Assembly: GCA_017556805.1 (NCBI GenBank)
Contig: JAFYMC010000016.1
Span: 47,377 to 111,376, forward strand
Source of the DNA: Lachnospiraceae bacterium
GTDB lineage: Bacteria; Bacillota; Clostridia; Lachnospirales; Lachnospiraceae
Direction of reading: 5' to 3'
DNA length: 64,000 nucleotides
The notes beneath the pieces were generated by a model, which saw only the letters and a program-made list of their open reading frames with translations, searched no databases and was not told the DNA's origin. Within the stretch, counting starts at the first letter, position 1. The number at the start of each line of letters is the position of its first letter. Shown here piece after piece: positions 36,809-46,456 of this stretch. A program made the position numbers and the translations under genes.

Positions 36809-36866
36809 CGCTTTTCTCCTTTTTCGTCATCCGCAGACTCTCATCTTCTTACATGCTGTAAAAGAA

Positions 36867-37466
36867 TCATCTGCACCGGCTTCTCACATCTATCGAAAAC
36901 AATCCGTCCCGGTTACAATAAAACAGTAACTTGCGCACACCGTTTATCTTCACCCTCGCTTCCGCATTTCCTTCCGGATAAAGCTTTACCATCTGTATCT
37001 TGTCCGAAGCCAGTGCCGCAACAAAGGAAATATAATGCTCCTTCATCATATCATGATCAATACGGATGTAATACTCATCCTCTACTTTTTCAATGCTTAT
37101 CCGATGATTCTCGTCCGGTTCTTCTGCCTGACATGGGGTCAACAAAATTCCGTGACAGTGAATCACCGCCTCTCCCACGCTATGTATCACATTTCCGCAA
37201 ACCGGACAAACATAAAACTGTGACCGCAACATATTTGCCGATACATTACCGTTACTGACTGCATTTCCGGTCATGAGCTCCGTCACGGATATTCCGAAAG
37301 CTTTTGCAATAGGCTCCAACAGGGAAATATCCGGATAGCCCTTTCCCGTTTCCCATTTCGATACCGTCTTGTCCGACACGCATAGCTTTTCCGCCATCTC
37401 TGCCTGTGTAAAATGGTTCTTTTCCCGCAATTCTTTGATAACCGCTCCCGTAATATATTGATTCAT
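36867..37466 (-). CDS. XRE-family HTH fused to a desulfoferrodoxin-like (Dx plus SOR-type) domain
   Basis: The HTH is FTQAEMAEKLCVSDKTVSKWETGKGYPDISLLEPIAKAF. It is followed by FYVCPVCGNV...HCHG (Dx-like) and then ENH...IDHDM...KEHYISF...YCNRDGLF (SOR centre II-like). Confidence 0.7.
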   Translation of the reverse strand: MNQYITGAVIKELREKNHFTQAEMAEKLCVSDKTVSKWETGKGYPDISLLEPIAKAFGISVTELMTGNAVSNGNVSANMLRSQFYVCPVCGNVIHSVGEAVIHCHGILLTPCQAEEPDENHRISIEKVEDEYYIRIDHDMMKEHYISFVAALASDKIQMVKLYPEGNAEARVKINGVRKLLFYCNRDGLFSIDVRSRCR

Positions 37467-37537
37467 TCTTTTGTACCTCCTATGGGTACTATACTAAACC
37501 TGCAAAAAAGATTTTTCCACCTACGAAGCGTAGACTC

Positions 37538-38188
37538 TTACTTCCTGCACAACGCCCGTACCACGTCTTTGTACCGCTGGGATTTCGTCCGTATATCCTC
37601 CTCGGTTACTCCGTAATACCGGTGAATATCCTTATCAAGCTTATGAAAACTTTTTAATATTTTCTTGTTTCCGGAAGCCCCGCCGCCGATATAACCGAAC
37701 CGTTTCTCAATCAAAAAATGGATATTATCATTACTATCGTCAAAGGAAATTTGGAACCTGTGGAAATCAATGTCAAACTCTGTCGCCGGAATCTCCTTTG
37801 CTTTTTCTGTTCTCTCCTGTGCCTGTCGAACATAAGCCAACAAATCCTCCCTGGATTCACTCTTTAGCTTCGGCAGTTTGGCATATTCCCCCAACAATTC
37901 CGGAGCATGTTGAATCAAAAAAGAAGCTCGCATTTCCTCATACTCTTCCTTTATTTCTTCCTTGTCCGGTTCCGCAAACCCATGCACCTTTACAAGATAC
38001 TCCATCACCTCATCCATGGTATGTGCGCCCGGTTTCAATGTTCTTTCCACGTGTGCTCTCTTTATTTGATATCTAAACCTCTGTATCTTTTGCTTTAATG
38101 TTAATTCTGCGTCTCTCTTAATCAAACATACCGAAGTTGCCCCATCCGCTTTTCCGATGACTGAAGTCGCACTTGCATTCTTTTCCAT
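37538..38188 (-). CDS. Hypothetical protein
   Basis: This is a clean ORF. The start is placed at MEKNASATS (38188), with GGAGGA upstream. I recognise no motif. Confidence 0.45.
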   Translation of the reverse strand: MEKNASATSVIGKADGATSVCLIKRDAELTLKQKIQRFRYQIKRAHVERTLKPGAHTMDEVMEYLVKVHGFAEPDKEEIKEEYEEMRASFLIQHAPELLGEYAKLPKLKSESREDLLAYVRQAQERTEKAKEIPATEFDIDFHRFQISFDDSNDNIHFLIEKRFGYIGGGASGNKKILKSFHKLDKDIHRYYGVTEEDIRTKSQRYKDVVRALCRK

Positions 38189-38220
38189 AACTCCATTCCT
38201 CCGCATTACATTCCCACACC

Positions 38221-39087
38221 CTAGCCGCACTGTAAAACCAGCCACACACGTTCAAAATCCCGATTTATCAAATCGCTCTTCTTTATCCAGAAATAGATGT
38301 GACCACAATCACCAAACATCAACTCATACGCATCTACGGATACGGTTCCCATCTGAAAAAGAAGCATCCAATCGCTTGCCTTCTCTTTAATGTCTGCCTT
38401 TTCCGCATCCGGGATTTTCGCATAATCCTCCGGGCTTCCGCAACTGTAGCCTCTGGTCACCCGTTCGCACTCTTCCTCCATCGGATTCTGAATCACATCC
38501 GGATACCCCAGCAACTTTGTACGCTCTCCCCATCCGTCATAGGTATATCCGCATTCGGCACAGCAGCTTTCATAATCATCATACTCATATTTTCCTTCCG
38601 TATCAAAGCAGGCGTAGTCCGGAAGGCTGATTTGACTCCGAAACTCAAGCGCCAACTCCGGAAGTATCATAGAATCGTCTAATTCCATAGGACAACCGTC
38701 AGCAACCAACTCCTCTTCCTCCGGGAAATAAAATACCCGCGCCGCACCTTTGTCCTCCGGTGTAAATCCCCAAGTCATCGTTTCCAGTTCATAAAAGAAA
38801 CTGAGAACACCGGTCTTCGGAAGCATTCCTTCTTCATCAAGATGCGCTACATCCTTCAGGTTTATTTGTGCCAGGAAAGAAAGAGGTCTACTCACATTTT
38901 CCTCTTCTCCGTATACTTTACCCGAAAACCACGGCCATTCAAAACCTTTCGGCACATCCGGTATCCCTCCGATTTTGCTGCACCCGCTCGACAGCGGTAT
39001 CTCACTTTTCCTGTATGTAATCCCGATCTCTTTTTTCGAAATTTCAAGAAGCTTCCCGATAAACTCTTGCTTTTGTGTTTCGTTCAT
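38221..39087 (-). CDS. DUF1963 (YwqG-like) domain protein
   Basis: The blocks are SKIGGIPDVP..WPWF, PLSFLAQINL, LSFFYE, KLLGYPDVIQ and MFGDCGHIYFWI. The start is placed at MNETQK (39087), with GGAGG 8 nt upstream. Confidence 0.7.
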   Translation of the reverse strand: MNETQKQEFIGKLLEISKKEIGITYRKSEIPLSSGCSKIGGIPDVPKGFEWPWFSGKVYGEEENVSRPLSFLAQINLKDVAHLDEEGMLPKTGVLSFFYELETMTWGFTPEDKGAARVFYFPEEEELVADGCPMELDDSMILPELALEFRSQISLPDYACFDTEGKYEYDDYESCCAECGYTYDGWGERTKLLGYPDVIQNPMEEECERVTRGYSCGSPEDYAKIPDAEKADIKEKASDWMLLFQMGTVSVDAYELMFGDCGHIYFWIKKSDLINRDFERVWLVLQCG

Positions 39088-39137
39088 GTTGTTACCTCCA
39101 CCGTTTCCCAAATCATTTATTCTCCCTATATCCTACA

Positions 39138-39584
39138 TTACTTTTCCCTCAACCTGCTACGAATCCTTTCCCTCGAAATATACTTATTATGCGAAATCTG
39201 AATCCGGTTCAGATACGCCCCTCTATCACAATCTTTATCCCAATTTTTTTGTATATGTTTTGCCATTTCTTCGATAGACACGATTTTCCAGCGGCTGCTC
39301 CACCCGTGATTTCCTTCCATATACGCAACAGAATCCGCATCCCAACGTAGTGCCGTCACATATCCGCCGGGATCCGTGGGGGAATATGTATCCGCATCCC
39401 AATAATGAATTTCCTCCCAAAATGTCAGCGTTAACAGCAACATTTCCAACGACACCAAATCAGGAATTATTTCACCGGAAACCGCAATTCTTCCCCGCTC
39501 ATCTTCTTCACTTACGCAGAACCCAAAGTCACGTAAATCCTGTATCTGTTCCCTGGTCAATACACTTCCCTGCATACGTATCAT
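39138..39584 (-). CDS. Hypothetical protein
   Basis: This is a clean ORF with no recognised motif. The start is uncertain: MIRMQGS at 39584, or M at 39575. Confidence 0.4.
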   Translation of the reverse strand: MIRMQGSVLTREQIQDLRDFGFCVSEEDERGRIAVSGEIIPDLVSLEMLLLTLTFWEEIHYWDADTYSPTDPGGYVTALRWDADSVAYMEGNHGWSSRWKIVSIEEMAKHIQKNWDKDCDRGAYLNRIQISHNKYISRERIRSRLREK

Positions 39585-39723
39585 ACCCCTCTGCAATCGC
39601 AACTTCCTCTTAACAAAAGAGGGCCTGCATTTTTGAACATCACTCGTCCGAAACATTCATACTTTGCCTGGCCCTCTCGGGTATCTTTTTCATTTCTGCA
39701 ACCTTATTCGGCTACATTTCATT

Positions 39724-41316
39724 TTACTTCCAGTTATCCACTGCGCCGTGCTCTGCCGCAAAGCAAGCCTTGTAGTTCTCTACAAACGCATCAAAGCCCG
39801 CAACATCCGCAGCATCCGGAGCTAAGGTAGTACCGGTCTGGCCCGCGAATACCTTGTCGCTTAAGTATGCGCTTAAGGTTTCGCCCTCTGCCTTGTTTGC
39901 CATGTAGGCTGCCAGTACAGCCATACCCCACGGTCCGCCTTCACTTGCAGTATCCATTACGGTTACGGAAGTGTTAAGAGCAGCAGCCAAAAGCTTCTGA
40001 CCAACCACCGGAGTCTTAAACAAACCGCCGTGACCCATGATGCAGTCTACCTTTACGCCCTCTTCCTTAATCAAAATATCGTTACCGATTTTGATGGTGG
40101 CAAGAGAAGATAAAATGTGGGTTCTCATAAAGTTTGCCAAGCCAAACTTTGCATCCGGCTTACGTACAAACATCGGACGTCCTTCCGCAAAACCGGTCAC
40201 CGGCTCGCCGGAGAAGTAGTTAAAGGAAACCAGACCGCCGCAATCCTCGTCACCTTCCAGTGCCTTGCGGTACAGGGTTCCGTATAAATCGTTCATATCT
40301 ACGCTCATGCCAAAGGTATCCGCAAATTCTTTGAACAGATTCACCCATGCATTGAGATCGGAGGTACAGTTATTACAATGTACCATTGCTACCGGCTTAC
40401 CGTCCGGCGTGGTTACCATGTCGATTTCCTCGTGTACACCGTCCAAATCCTTCTCGGTTACAATCATGGAGAAAATAGAAGTACCTGCGGATACGTTACC
40501 GGTACCTACCGCTACCGCATTGGTTGCTACCATACCGGTACCGGCATCGCCCTCCGGCGGGCAAAGCGGAATACCTGCAGAAAGCTTACCGGAAACGTCA
40601 AGAAGCTTTGCTCCCTCTGCCGTCAGGGTACCTGCAGCTTCGCCTGCATTAAGGCTCTTCGGAAGAATATCAGCCAGCTTCCAGGAGAAGCCTTCACCGG
40701 CCATCAGCTCATCAAACTGCGCAATCATCTTCTTGTTATAATCATTCGTCGTTGCATCAATCGGGAACATACCGGAAGCATCGCCTACACCCAGTACCTT
40801 TTCCCCGGTCAGCTTGTAATGAATATAACCAGCCAGAGTCGTAAAGAAAGCCACATCCTTTACATGTTCCTCTTTATTTAATACCGCCTGATACAGGTGG
40901 GAAATGCTCCATCTCTGCGGAATATTAAAGCCCAACTTCTCCGTCAAAATCCCGCTGGACTGTGCCGTAATGGTATTTCTCCAGGTACGGAACGGTACCA
41001 GTAAGTTGTCGTCCTTATCAAACGCCAGATAACCGTGCATCATTGCGGAAAACCCGATAGCGGAAAGCTTCGTCACCTCTACGTCGTACTTTGCCTTTAC
41101 ATCCGCAACCATGCTTGCGTAACAATCCTGTAAACCGCCCCAAATATCCTCTAAGGTGTAGGTCCAGATACCGTCCACCAGACGATTCTCCCAGTCATGA
41201 GTTCCTAACGCCAATGTCTCGTGATTCTCTCCGATTAATACAGCCTTGATTCTGGTAGAGCCGAACTCAATACCGAGCGCTGCTTTTCCGTTTAAAATAA
41301 TGTCCTTTGCGTTCAT
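39724..41316 (-). CDS. FGGY-family carbohydrate kinase (xylulokinase-like)
   Basis: The sequence has [15 protein letters not shown] (phosphate-1 loop) and the GDAGTG and MGHGGLF blocks. The start is placed at MNAKD (41316), with AAGGAGAA upstream. Confidence 0.75.
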   Translation of the reverse strand: MNAKDIILNGKAALGIEFGSTRIKAVLIGENHETLALGTHDWENRLVDGIWTYTLEDIWGGLQDCYASMVADVKAKYDVEVTKLSAIGFSAMMHGYLAFDKDDNLLVPFRTWRNTITAQSSGILTEKLGFNIPQRWSISHLYQAVLNKEEHVKDVAFFTTLAGYIHYKLTGEKVLGVGDASGMFPIDATTNDYNKKMIAQFDELMAGEGFSWKLADILPKSLNAGEAAGTLTAEGAKLLDVSGKLSAGIPLCPPEGDAGTGMVATNAVAVGTGNVSAGTSIFSMIVTEKDLDGVHEEIDMVTTPDGKPVAMVHCNNCTSDLNAWVNLFKEFADTFGMSVDMNDLYGTLYRKALEGDEDCGGLVSFNYFSGEPVTGFAEGRPMFVRKPDAKFGLANFMRTHILSSLATIKIGNDILIKEEGVKVDCIMGHGGLFKTPVVGQKLLAAALNTSVTVMDTASEGGPWGMAVLAAYMANKAEGETLSAYLSDKVFAGQTGTTLAPDAADVAGFDAFVENYKACFAAEHGAVDNWK

Positions 41317-41484
41317 ACCTTTTCTCCTTTTATTCTTTTTATCCACCCGGCACATCACTATGCCGAAAACCGCAGAAATGCAGTGTTTTCTTTTCACACG
41401 GGAATATCTAATTATATCTCATTTTTCGCTTTTACGCAACCTCTCCCGCCCATTTTGATTACAATATGTTCCGAATTTGTTTCA

Positions 41485-42156
41485 TCACCAAACAAACGGG
41501 ATTAGACGGAATTTTACCTTCTCCTTATACTCCTTATATCCCTGCAATTCCCGCTCCAAAAACGCTTCTTCTCCCTTAATCCGCTTTGCAATAAGGAACG
41601 GATATGCCAAGAAAATCACAAAAGATATCAGGGAACCTAACACCAGCGGCATGGCAAAAAACAACAGCACCGTGGCGAAGTACATGGGATGTCGTACAAT
41701 GCCGTACAATCCCGTATCGATGACCTTTTGATTCTCCTGCACCTCAATGGTACGTGACAGATACGTGTTTTCCCGAAGTACCTCTGCATACAGTACATAG
41801 GCTATCAGAAATACGACCGCAGCACCGATGGAAACACCTTTCGGCAAGGTCAACCAACCGAACCGGAAGTCCAATCCTGCAACGACAAAGCCCACCAGAA
41901 ACATCAGTCCGCTTAACTTTACCACAAGTCCCTGGTCTGCCTGCTTCTCCTTCGCATTTAATCGTGTCTCTAGAAGCTTTGGATTTTTTACCATCATCAC
42001 AAGTCCGGCAATAAACATGGGGATAAATAGGATGCCCATAAAGAGCCAGCCTTGGAAAAAGTGAACAGTTCCTGCCGGAAAGAAAACCAGAAGTCCGACT
42101 AAGAGAATGCCGAAAAGATATTTTATGATAGCTTGTAGAAATAGTTTTTTGTTCAT
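41485..42156 (-). CDS. Isoprenylcysteine carboxyl methyltransferase (ICMT)-like membrane methyltransferase
   Basis: The protein is multi-pass TM. The C-terminal block is DTGLYGIVRHPMYFATVLLFFAMPLVLGS...EEAFLERELQGYKEY. Confidence 0.7.
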   Translation of the reverse strand: MNKKLFLQAIIKYLFGILLVGLLVFFPAGTVHFFQGWLFMGILFIPMFIAGLVMMVKNPKLLETRLNAKEKQADQGLVVKLSGLMFLVGFVVAGLDFRFGWLTLPKGVSIGAAVVFLIAYVLYAEVLRENTYLSRTIEVQENQKVIDTGLYGIVRHPMYFATVLLFFAMPLVLGSLISFVIFLAYPFLIAKRIKGEEAFLERELQGYKEYKEKVKFRLIPFVW

Positions 42157-42166
42157 AAAAGACCTC

Positions 42167-42631
42167 CTATTTTTGCACTACCTTCCATTTCGCCTCTTCC
42201 ACCACATACTGAAACTCACTCAGACTCTCATCCAACATAACTTCCAGCAGTTCTTTAAAATCATTGACCAGATTTACCTTCGGCAAGTCCTCTTTCTTCA
42301 CCCAGTGCATAGCTCCCTCTTCCGAAGAAACAATCTCTCCCGAGAACTTATCTGCCACAAACAAAAACACAAGGTATCTGCCGTTTTCACCGGATTCTCC
42401 GCTAATCGGAAACTGCTTTACACCACACAACTTCGGATTCTTCACCGTAAGTCCGGTTTCTTCCTTCATTTCCCGGACCACCGCATCCACAATAGACTCT
42501 CCCGGCTCCACATGACCGCCGGGCAGGGTAAAACCTTTCCAGTCCTTTTTCACTCTGTCCTGTAACAAATATTCATCGCCTCTTCGAATGAGGCATAATA
42601 CCGTCAATTCTACTGTTTCTGTGCGTTTCAT
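42167..42631 (-). CDS. NUDIX hydrolase
   Basis: The Nudix box is LPGGHVEPGESIVDAVVREMKEETGL. Confidence 0.85.
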   Translation of the reverse strand: MKRTETVELTVLCLIRRGDEYLLQDRVKKDWKGFTLPGGHVEPGESIVDAVVREMKEETGLTVKNPKLCGVKQFPISGESGENGRYLVFLFVADKFSGEIVSSEEGAMHWVKKEDLPKVNLVNDFKELLEVMLDESLSEFQYVVEEAKWKVVQK

Positions 42632-42672
42632 TTTAGCCTCCGATTTATAAACTTTTTCTCATAACAACTGCT

Positions 42673-43266
42673 TTACTTTGCTCGTAGTCTCCCAAAGACA
42701 AGACCTACCAATATTCCGATTACAAACCCAATCCCATGCACCACGATTGTCCCTATCCCCAGAAAGCATCCTGCTACCACATACAATACCAGATATCCCT
42801 TCTCATAACGACTTAACGCAATGACTTGCTTCTCTCCCTTTGCAAAAAGCTCAACACACAACATACCCTGCAAAACAAAAATCCCGAGAGATGCCCCTAC
42901 AATCTGTCCCTCCGGGAATATGAAACACCACAGAAACGCGGTCACCATCGTACCCAGATTGTAAATCAAAAGCAACCTTACCGTTCCAATCTTCTTCTCG
43001 ATTTTCGTGCCTACAATCTCCAATGCCGCCATGTTACCCACCAAGTGAATAAGTCCCATATGAAGATAACCGCAGGTCATCAATCGCCACCATTGTCCTT
43101 GTTCCATTATCAAAGCAAGAGAAACTTCTCCGTATTCTTTTACATATCCGCCACCGGTCAGAAAAATCCAAAAACGGTTTCCTCCGCCTACCGCGACATT
43201 CACAATAAAAACCAGCACCATGACAATTGCCAAATAAAAGGTTGCCGTTCTTCTTTTCTTTAACAC
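42673..43266 (-). CDS. Rhomboid family intramembrane serine protease
   Basis: The motifs are WWRLMTCGYLHMGLIHLVGNM, GASLG (catalytic Ser) and HGIGFVIG (catalytic His). It uses a GTG start with GAGGTG 8 nt upstream. Confidence 0.8.
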   Translation of the reverse strand: MLKKRRTATFYLAIVMVLVFIVNVAVGGGNRFWIFLTGGGYVKEYGEVSLALIMEQGQWWRLMTCGYLHMGLIHLVGNMAALEIVGTKIEKKIGTVRLLLIYNLGTMVTAFLWCFIFPEGQIVGASLGIFVLQGMLCVELFAKGEKQVIALSRYEKGYLVLYVVAGCFLGIGTIVVHGIGFVIGILVGLVFGRLRAK

Positions 43267-43291
43267 TCCGTTCTCACCTCAAAACTTCTCT

Positions 43292-43744
43292 CTAAATCAT
43301 AAAATTCACAACTCCGAATATCACATGGCATACCGTAAAACCACTTATCGGAATCAATGCAATTCCATTCTTTCTGTCAAGTGCAAAGAATAAAAAAGCA
43401 AAGCACGGCGCTACCGTCATCCCTAATATTACTACCACATTTGTCACACCCGTATAGTACAAAATCCAGCACAAATAATATACCAAGCAGCATCCGATGA
43501 CTACCGGAATCAACGGGATTATACCAAGCTTTTTCCGCTCCTTATGTACGATTGCACACAACACCGCCACCATTACCACCTGACATACGGAACCGATGGC
43601 ATCTACAACTTTGGTAACCGACTCCGTTCGCAAAACATCATTGGGTGCCGGTACCGCAAACCAGATAAAATTCGGAAGCATAATAAGCAAAAAAAGAATC
43701 AGTCCCCAACTATCAAAGCCGAATTTATAGTTTTCTCTTATCAT
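43292..43744 (-). CDS. Hypothetical multi-pass membrane protein
   Basis: There are four or five hydrophobic segments. The start is placed at MIRENYK (43744), with AGGAGA 6 nt upstream. Confidence 0.5.
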   Translation of the reverse strand: MIRENYKFGFDSWGLILFLLIMLPNFIWFAVPAPNDVLRTESVTKVVDAIGSVCQVVMVAVLCAIVHKERKKLGIIPLIPVVIGCCLVYYLCWILYYTGVTNVVVILGMTVAPCFAFLFFALDRKNGIALIPISGFTVCHVIFGVVNFMI

Positions 43745-43765
43745 CTCGATTCTCCTCACAGCCAC

Positions 43766-44194
43766 CTATAACGCCTTCTCGCAGTGCTCATAACACCACA
43801 TTGCTTCCGTTCTTCCGAACCAGCCTTCTCCTTCTCTTACACGCGGATAAAGCTTATGCAGTGCTTCTTTCTCCTCTTCTGTCAGTTCCGCATAATCATT
43901 TACTTCACGACTTGCTTCCACCACGATATATTTATGGTCTCCGTCATTGCGCTTAAACATTCCAATCAGTTTTATTTCTACCTCGTTCCCGAGGCTATAT
44001 TCTTTTGTTGACATCAGCATGCAATCACAGTGGGGTGCCGGCGGTGTCCCGGACTCTTTCACCCAGCCGTAAGGATAGTAAAAGTCTCTTGCGTGCGCCA
44101 ACGACTCCTTTTCCGATTCCGAAAACGTATTTGTTTCCGGGTCATATATCATTCGATTCGGATAGGCCTTTGTTTGCTCGACAATCATCTTCAT
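43766..44194 (-). CDS. Inorganic-pyrophosphatase-like protein (divergent)
   Basis: The segment YPYGWVKESGTPPAPHCDCMLMS...IGMFKRNDGDHKYIVV resembles the family I PPase core (GFIPxT..DGDPxDVLV...D..D.KI.AV). Two of the three clustered Asp residues appear to be replaced. The alignment was done by eye only. Confidence 0.35.
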   Translation of the reverse strand: MKMIVEQTKAYPNRMIYDPETNTFSESEKESLAHARDFYYPYGWVKESGTPPAPHCDCMLMSTKEYSLGNEVEIKLIGMFKRNDGDHKYIVVEASREVNDYAELTEEEKEALHKLYPRVREGEGWFGRTEAMWCYEHCEKAL

Positions 44195-44646
44195 ACCGGA
44201 TTATCCCCCTTCTTCATCAGCACCGCATGCTCCTTCGGCTCCTCATAATAGTTCTTCCGAAGTCCGATTTCTTCAAAGCCTAGCTTTGTGTACAAATTCC
44301 TTGCCGGCGTGTTACTCTCTCTCACTTCCAAGAAGAACTCGGTCACTCCCCGGGACTCTCCTGCCTCCATAAGCGCCGTCAGCATTCCTGTCGCCACACC
44401 CTTTCCCCGTGCGGCAGGTGCGGTGCACACATTGGTGATGTCCGCTTCTTCCCCGGTACAAAGAAGGACGCAGTATCCCAATAATGCGTCCGTGTCCTTT
44501 GCTATGATTACGATATAATTTTCATCCGACAGCGTTTTCAAAAAGGCATCATAACTCCAGGGTCTGGAAAAATTCTGCCCTTCCAATGCAGCTACCGCCG
44601 CCACATCTTCCTCTGTCATTTGACTGATGGTCCAAGTATGTTCCAA
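44191..44646 (-). CDS. rimI: Ribosomal-protein-alanine N-acetyltransferase
   Basis: The GNAT block is TAPAARGKGVATGMLTALMEAG...FLEVRESNTPARNLYTKLGF. It lies downstream of tsaE-tsaB. A TTG start at 44646 is proposed because GGAAGGAGA sits 6 nt upstream; the ATG at 44619 is an alternative. Confidence 0.8.
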   Translation of the reverse strand: MEHTWTISQMTEEDVAAVAALEGQNFSRPWSYDAFLKTLSDENYIVIIAKDTDALLGYCVLLCTGEEADITNVCTAPAARGKGVATGMLTALMEAGESRGVTEFFLEVRESNTPARNLYTKLGFEEIGLRKNYYEEPKEHAVLMKKGDNPV

Positions 44647-44730
44647 TCGAAATCTCCTTCCGCGGGCTCCTCTACTGTTCCAGGCAAACTCCGTTGCCGT
44701 GCAACTATGCACCCGCTCCACCGATTACTT

Positions 44731-45450
44731 CTACGCCTGCTCTGCCCGTTCCTTTTCTTCTCTTTCCCGTTCTGCCTGAGACTTACGAAGATAGGTCGGA
44801 ACAAACTCTGCCGCCGTCTGGGTCTTACCTTCCTTTGCGTACACAAAGGCACAGGCCGCCAAAGATGCTGCACGCTGCTTGCTCATATGTACCGGTGCAA
44901 AAGAAAACGCTACTTCTGTCTTCTCGGAAAGCACGGTACGATACGCATCCGCGCCGTCGCCGAGATAGATTACCGGACATCCCAAACGGTTCACTTCCGC
45001 AATGATATCTTCCACTGCCATAGCTTCTTGCGCAAACAAACAATCCATAGCACCCGTTTCTTTATTCCAACGGTATAATCCCGTATACACCTGAGACCGT
45101 CTGGCATCCATGAGCGGACAAATCACTGCCTCAGCGCCGCAGAAATTCCAAGCCAACGCTTCTGTGGTCGGCACCGCAATGAGCGGCTTAGAAAGCGCCT
45201 GCCCCAGTCCCTTTGCCGTCGCGGACCCGATACGAAGTCCCGTAAAAGAGCCCGGTCCCGCTGTTACCGCAATGGCATCCAGTTCGGAAAGCTCCGTCTC
45301 CGTCATCTTCACGATTTCGTCAATCATCGGAAGTAACGTCTGGGAATGGGTCTTTTTATAATTGGTTGTATACTCGGCTAATACCGCATCCTCCGTGGCA
45401 AGTGCCGCAGATGCAATAAGTCCCGAGCTGTCAATGGCCAAAATCTTCAT
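44731..45450 (-). CDS. tsaB: tRNA threonylcarbamoyladenosine biosynthesis protein TsaB
   Basis: The motifs are MKILAIDSSGLIASAALA and AVTAGPGSFTGLRIG. Confidence 0.9.
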   Translation of the reverse strand: MKILAIDSSGLIASAALATEDAVLAEYTTNYKKTHSQTLLPMIDEIVKMTETELSELDAIAVTAGPGSFTGLRIGSATAKGLGQALSKPLIAVPTTEALAWNFCGAEAVICPLMDARRSQVYTGLYRWNKETGAMDCLFAQEAMAVEDIIAEVNRLGCPVIYLGDGADAYRTVLSEKTEVAFSFAPVHMSKQRAASLAACAFVYAKEGKTQTAAEFVPTYLRKSQAEREREEKERAEQA

Positions 45451-45478
45451 ATAATTTCACCTCTCCGAGTAAGCTCCT

Positions 45479-45898
45479 TTATTCCCCTACCGTAATCAAA
45501 CGATAGTCCGTCCCCTTTTGCAAATCCTTACGGATACGCACCTTCACCGCATCCGCCGGAATCAGTTCTTCAATCAGTTCCGCCCACTCAATCATGCAGG
45601 CACCGTCCCCGTAAAAATAGTCTTCATAACCGATTTCCTCCATCTCCTCCGGTTCCTCGATACGGTACACATCAAAATGGTAAAACGGCAAACGCCCATT
45701 GTACTCCTGCACAATGGTAAAGGTCGGGCTATTCACCGTATCGGTAACGCCCAGGCCTACCGCAAACCCTTTGGTAAACACGGTTTTCCCCACACCGAGG
45801 TCCCCGGATAAGCAATACACCGCACCCGGCTTCGCCTCTTCACCTAATTTCTTTCCAAGGGCATAGGTTTCCTCTGCCGAAAAACTTTCAAACTTCAT
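45479..45898 (-). CDS. tsaE: tRNA threonylcarbamoyladenosine biosynthesis ATPase TsaE
   Basis: The motifs are LSGDLGVGKTVFTKG (P-loop), SPTFTIVQEY and HFDVYR. Confidence 0.9.
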   Translation of the reverse strand: MKFESFSAEETYALGKKLGEEAKPGAVYCLSGDLGVGKTVFTKGFAVGLGVTDTVNSPTFTIVQEYNGRLPFYHFDVYRIEEPEEMEEIGYEDYFYGDGACMIEWAELIEELIPADAVKVRIRKDLQKGTDYRLITVGE

Positions 45899-45908
45899 AC
45901 TTGCTCCT

Positions 45909-46415
45909 TTATTTCACAATCTTTCCTGCCACCGCTTCGGACAAATGTTTCTTAAACAGTTCTTTTACCTCATTCTCACACTCCGCAAGGGCACGCTTTG
46001 GCCAAACAAAGGCATACACCCGACCGGTATACACTAAAATCTGAGACTTATATTCTTTCACCTGATACACATCTGCCCATGTGATGGACTGACTCTGTTC
46101 TTCCTGACTTAAAGTAATCCCCTCGTCCGTCAACACATAATCCAGCGGCTTTTTAAATACATCGTTCTTCTTTACCTGTTTTCTCGCCTTCGTATACAAC
46201 TGTAACGGATGTACCACCGTAAATAGCAGTGCCACAAAAATCAGCGCGACCGTCTTTACCGGATCCCCCTTTCCGAAGCCGGCAATGAGGAGCCCGATGG
46301 CTCCGAAAGTCACAATGGCATCCGCCAGCAAAGACACACCACGGTAAGAATGATGCACCAAAAAGAGAAACATATCCTTTACCGTAATTTGTACCGAAAA
46401 CTTCACTTCTTTCAT
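45909..46415 (-). CDS. YcxB-like membrane protein
   Basis: Two TM segments are followed by a small C-terminal domain. The family name is recalled, not searched. Confidence 0.45.
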   Translation of the reverse strand: MKEVKFSVQITVKDMFLFLVHHSYRGVSLLADAIVTFGAIGLLIAGFGKGDPVKTVALIFVALLFTVVHPLQLYTKARKQVKKNDVFKKPLDYVLTDEGITLSQEEQSQSITWADVYQVKEYKSQILVYTGRVYAFVWPKRALAECENEVKELFKKHLSEAVAGKIVK

Positions 46416-46456
46416 GAAACTTTACTCCTTTCGTTTCCCCTTCCCACAATAGTCTT

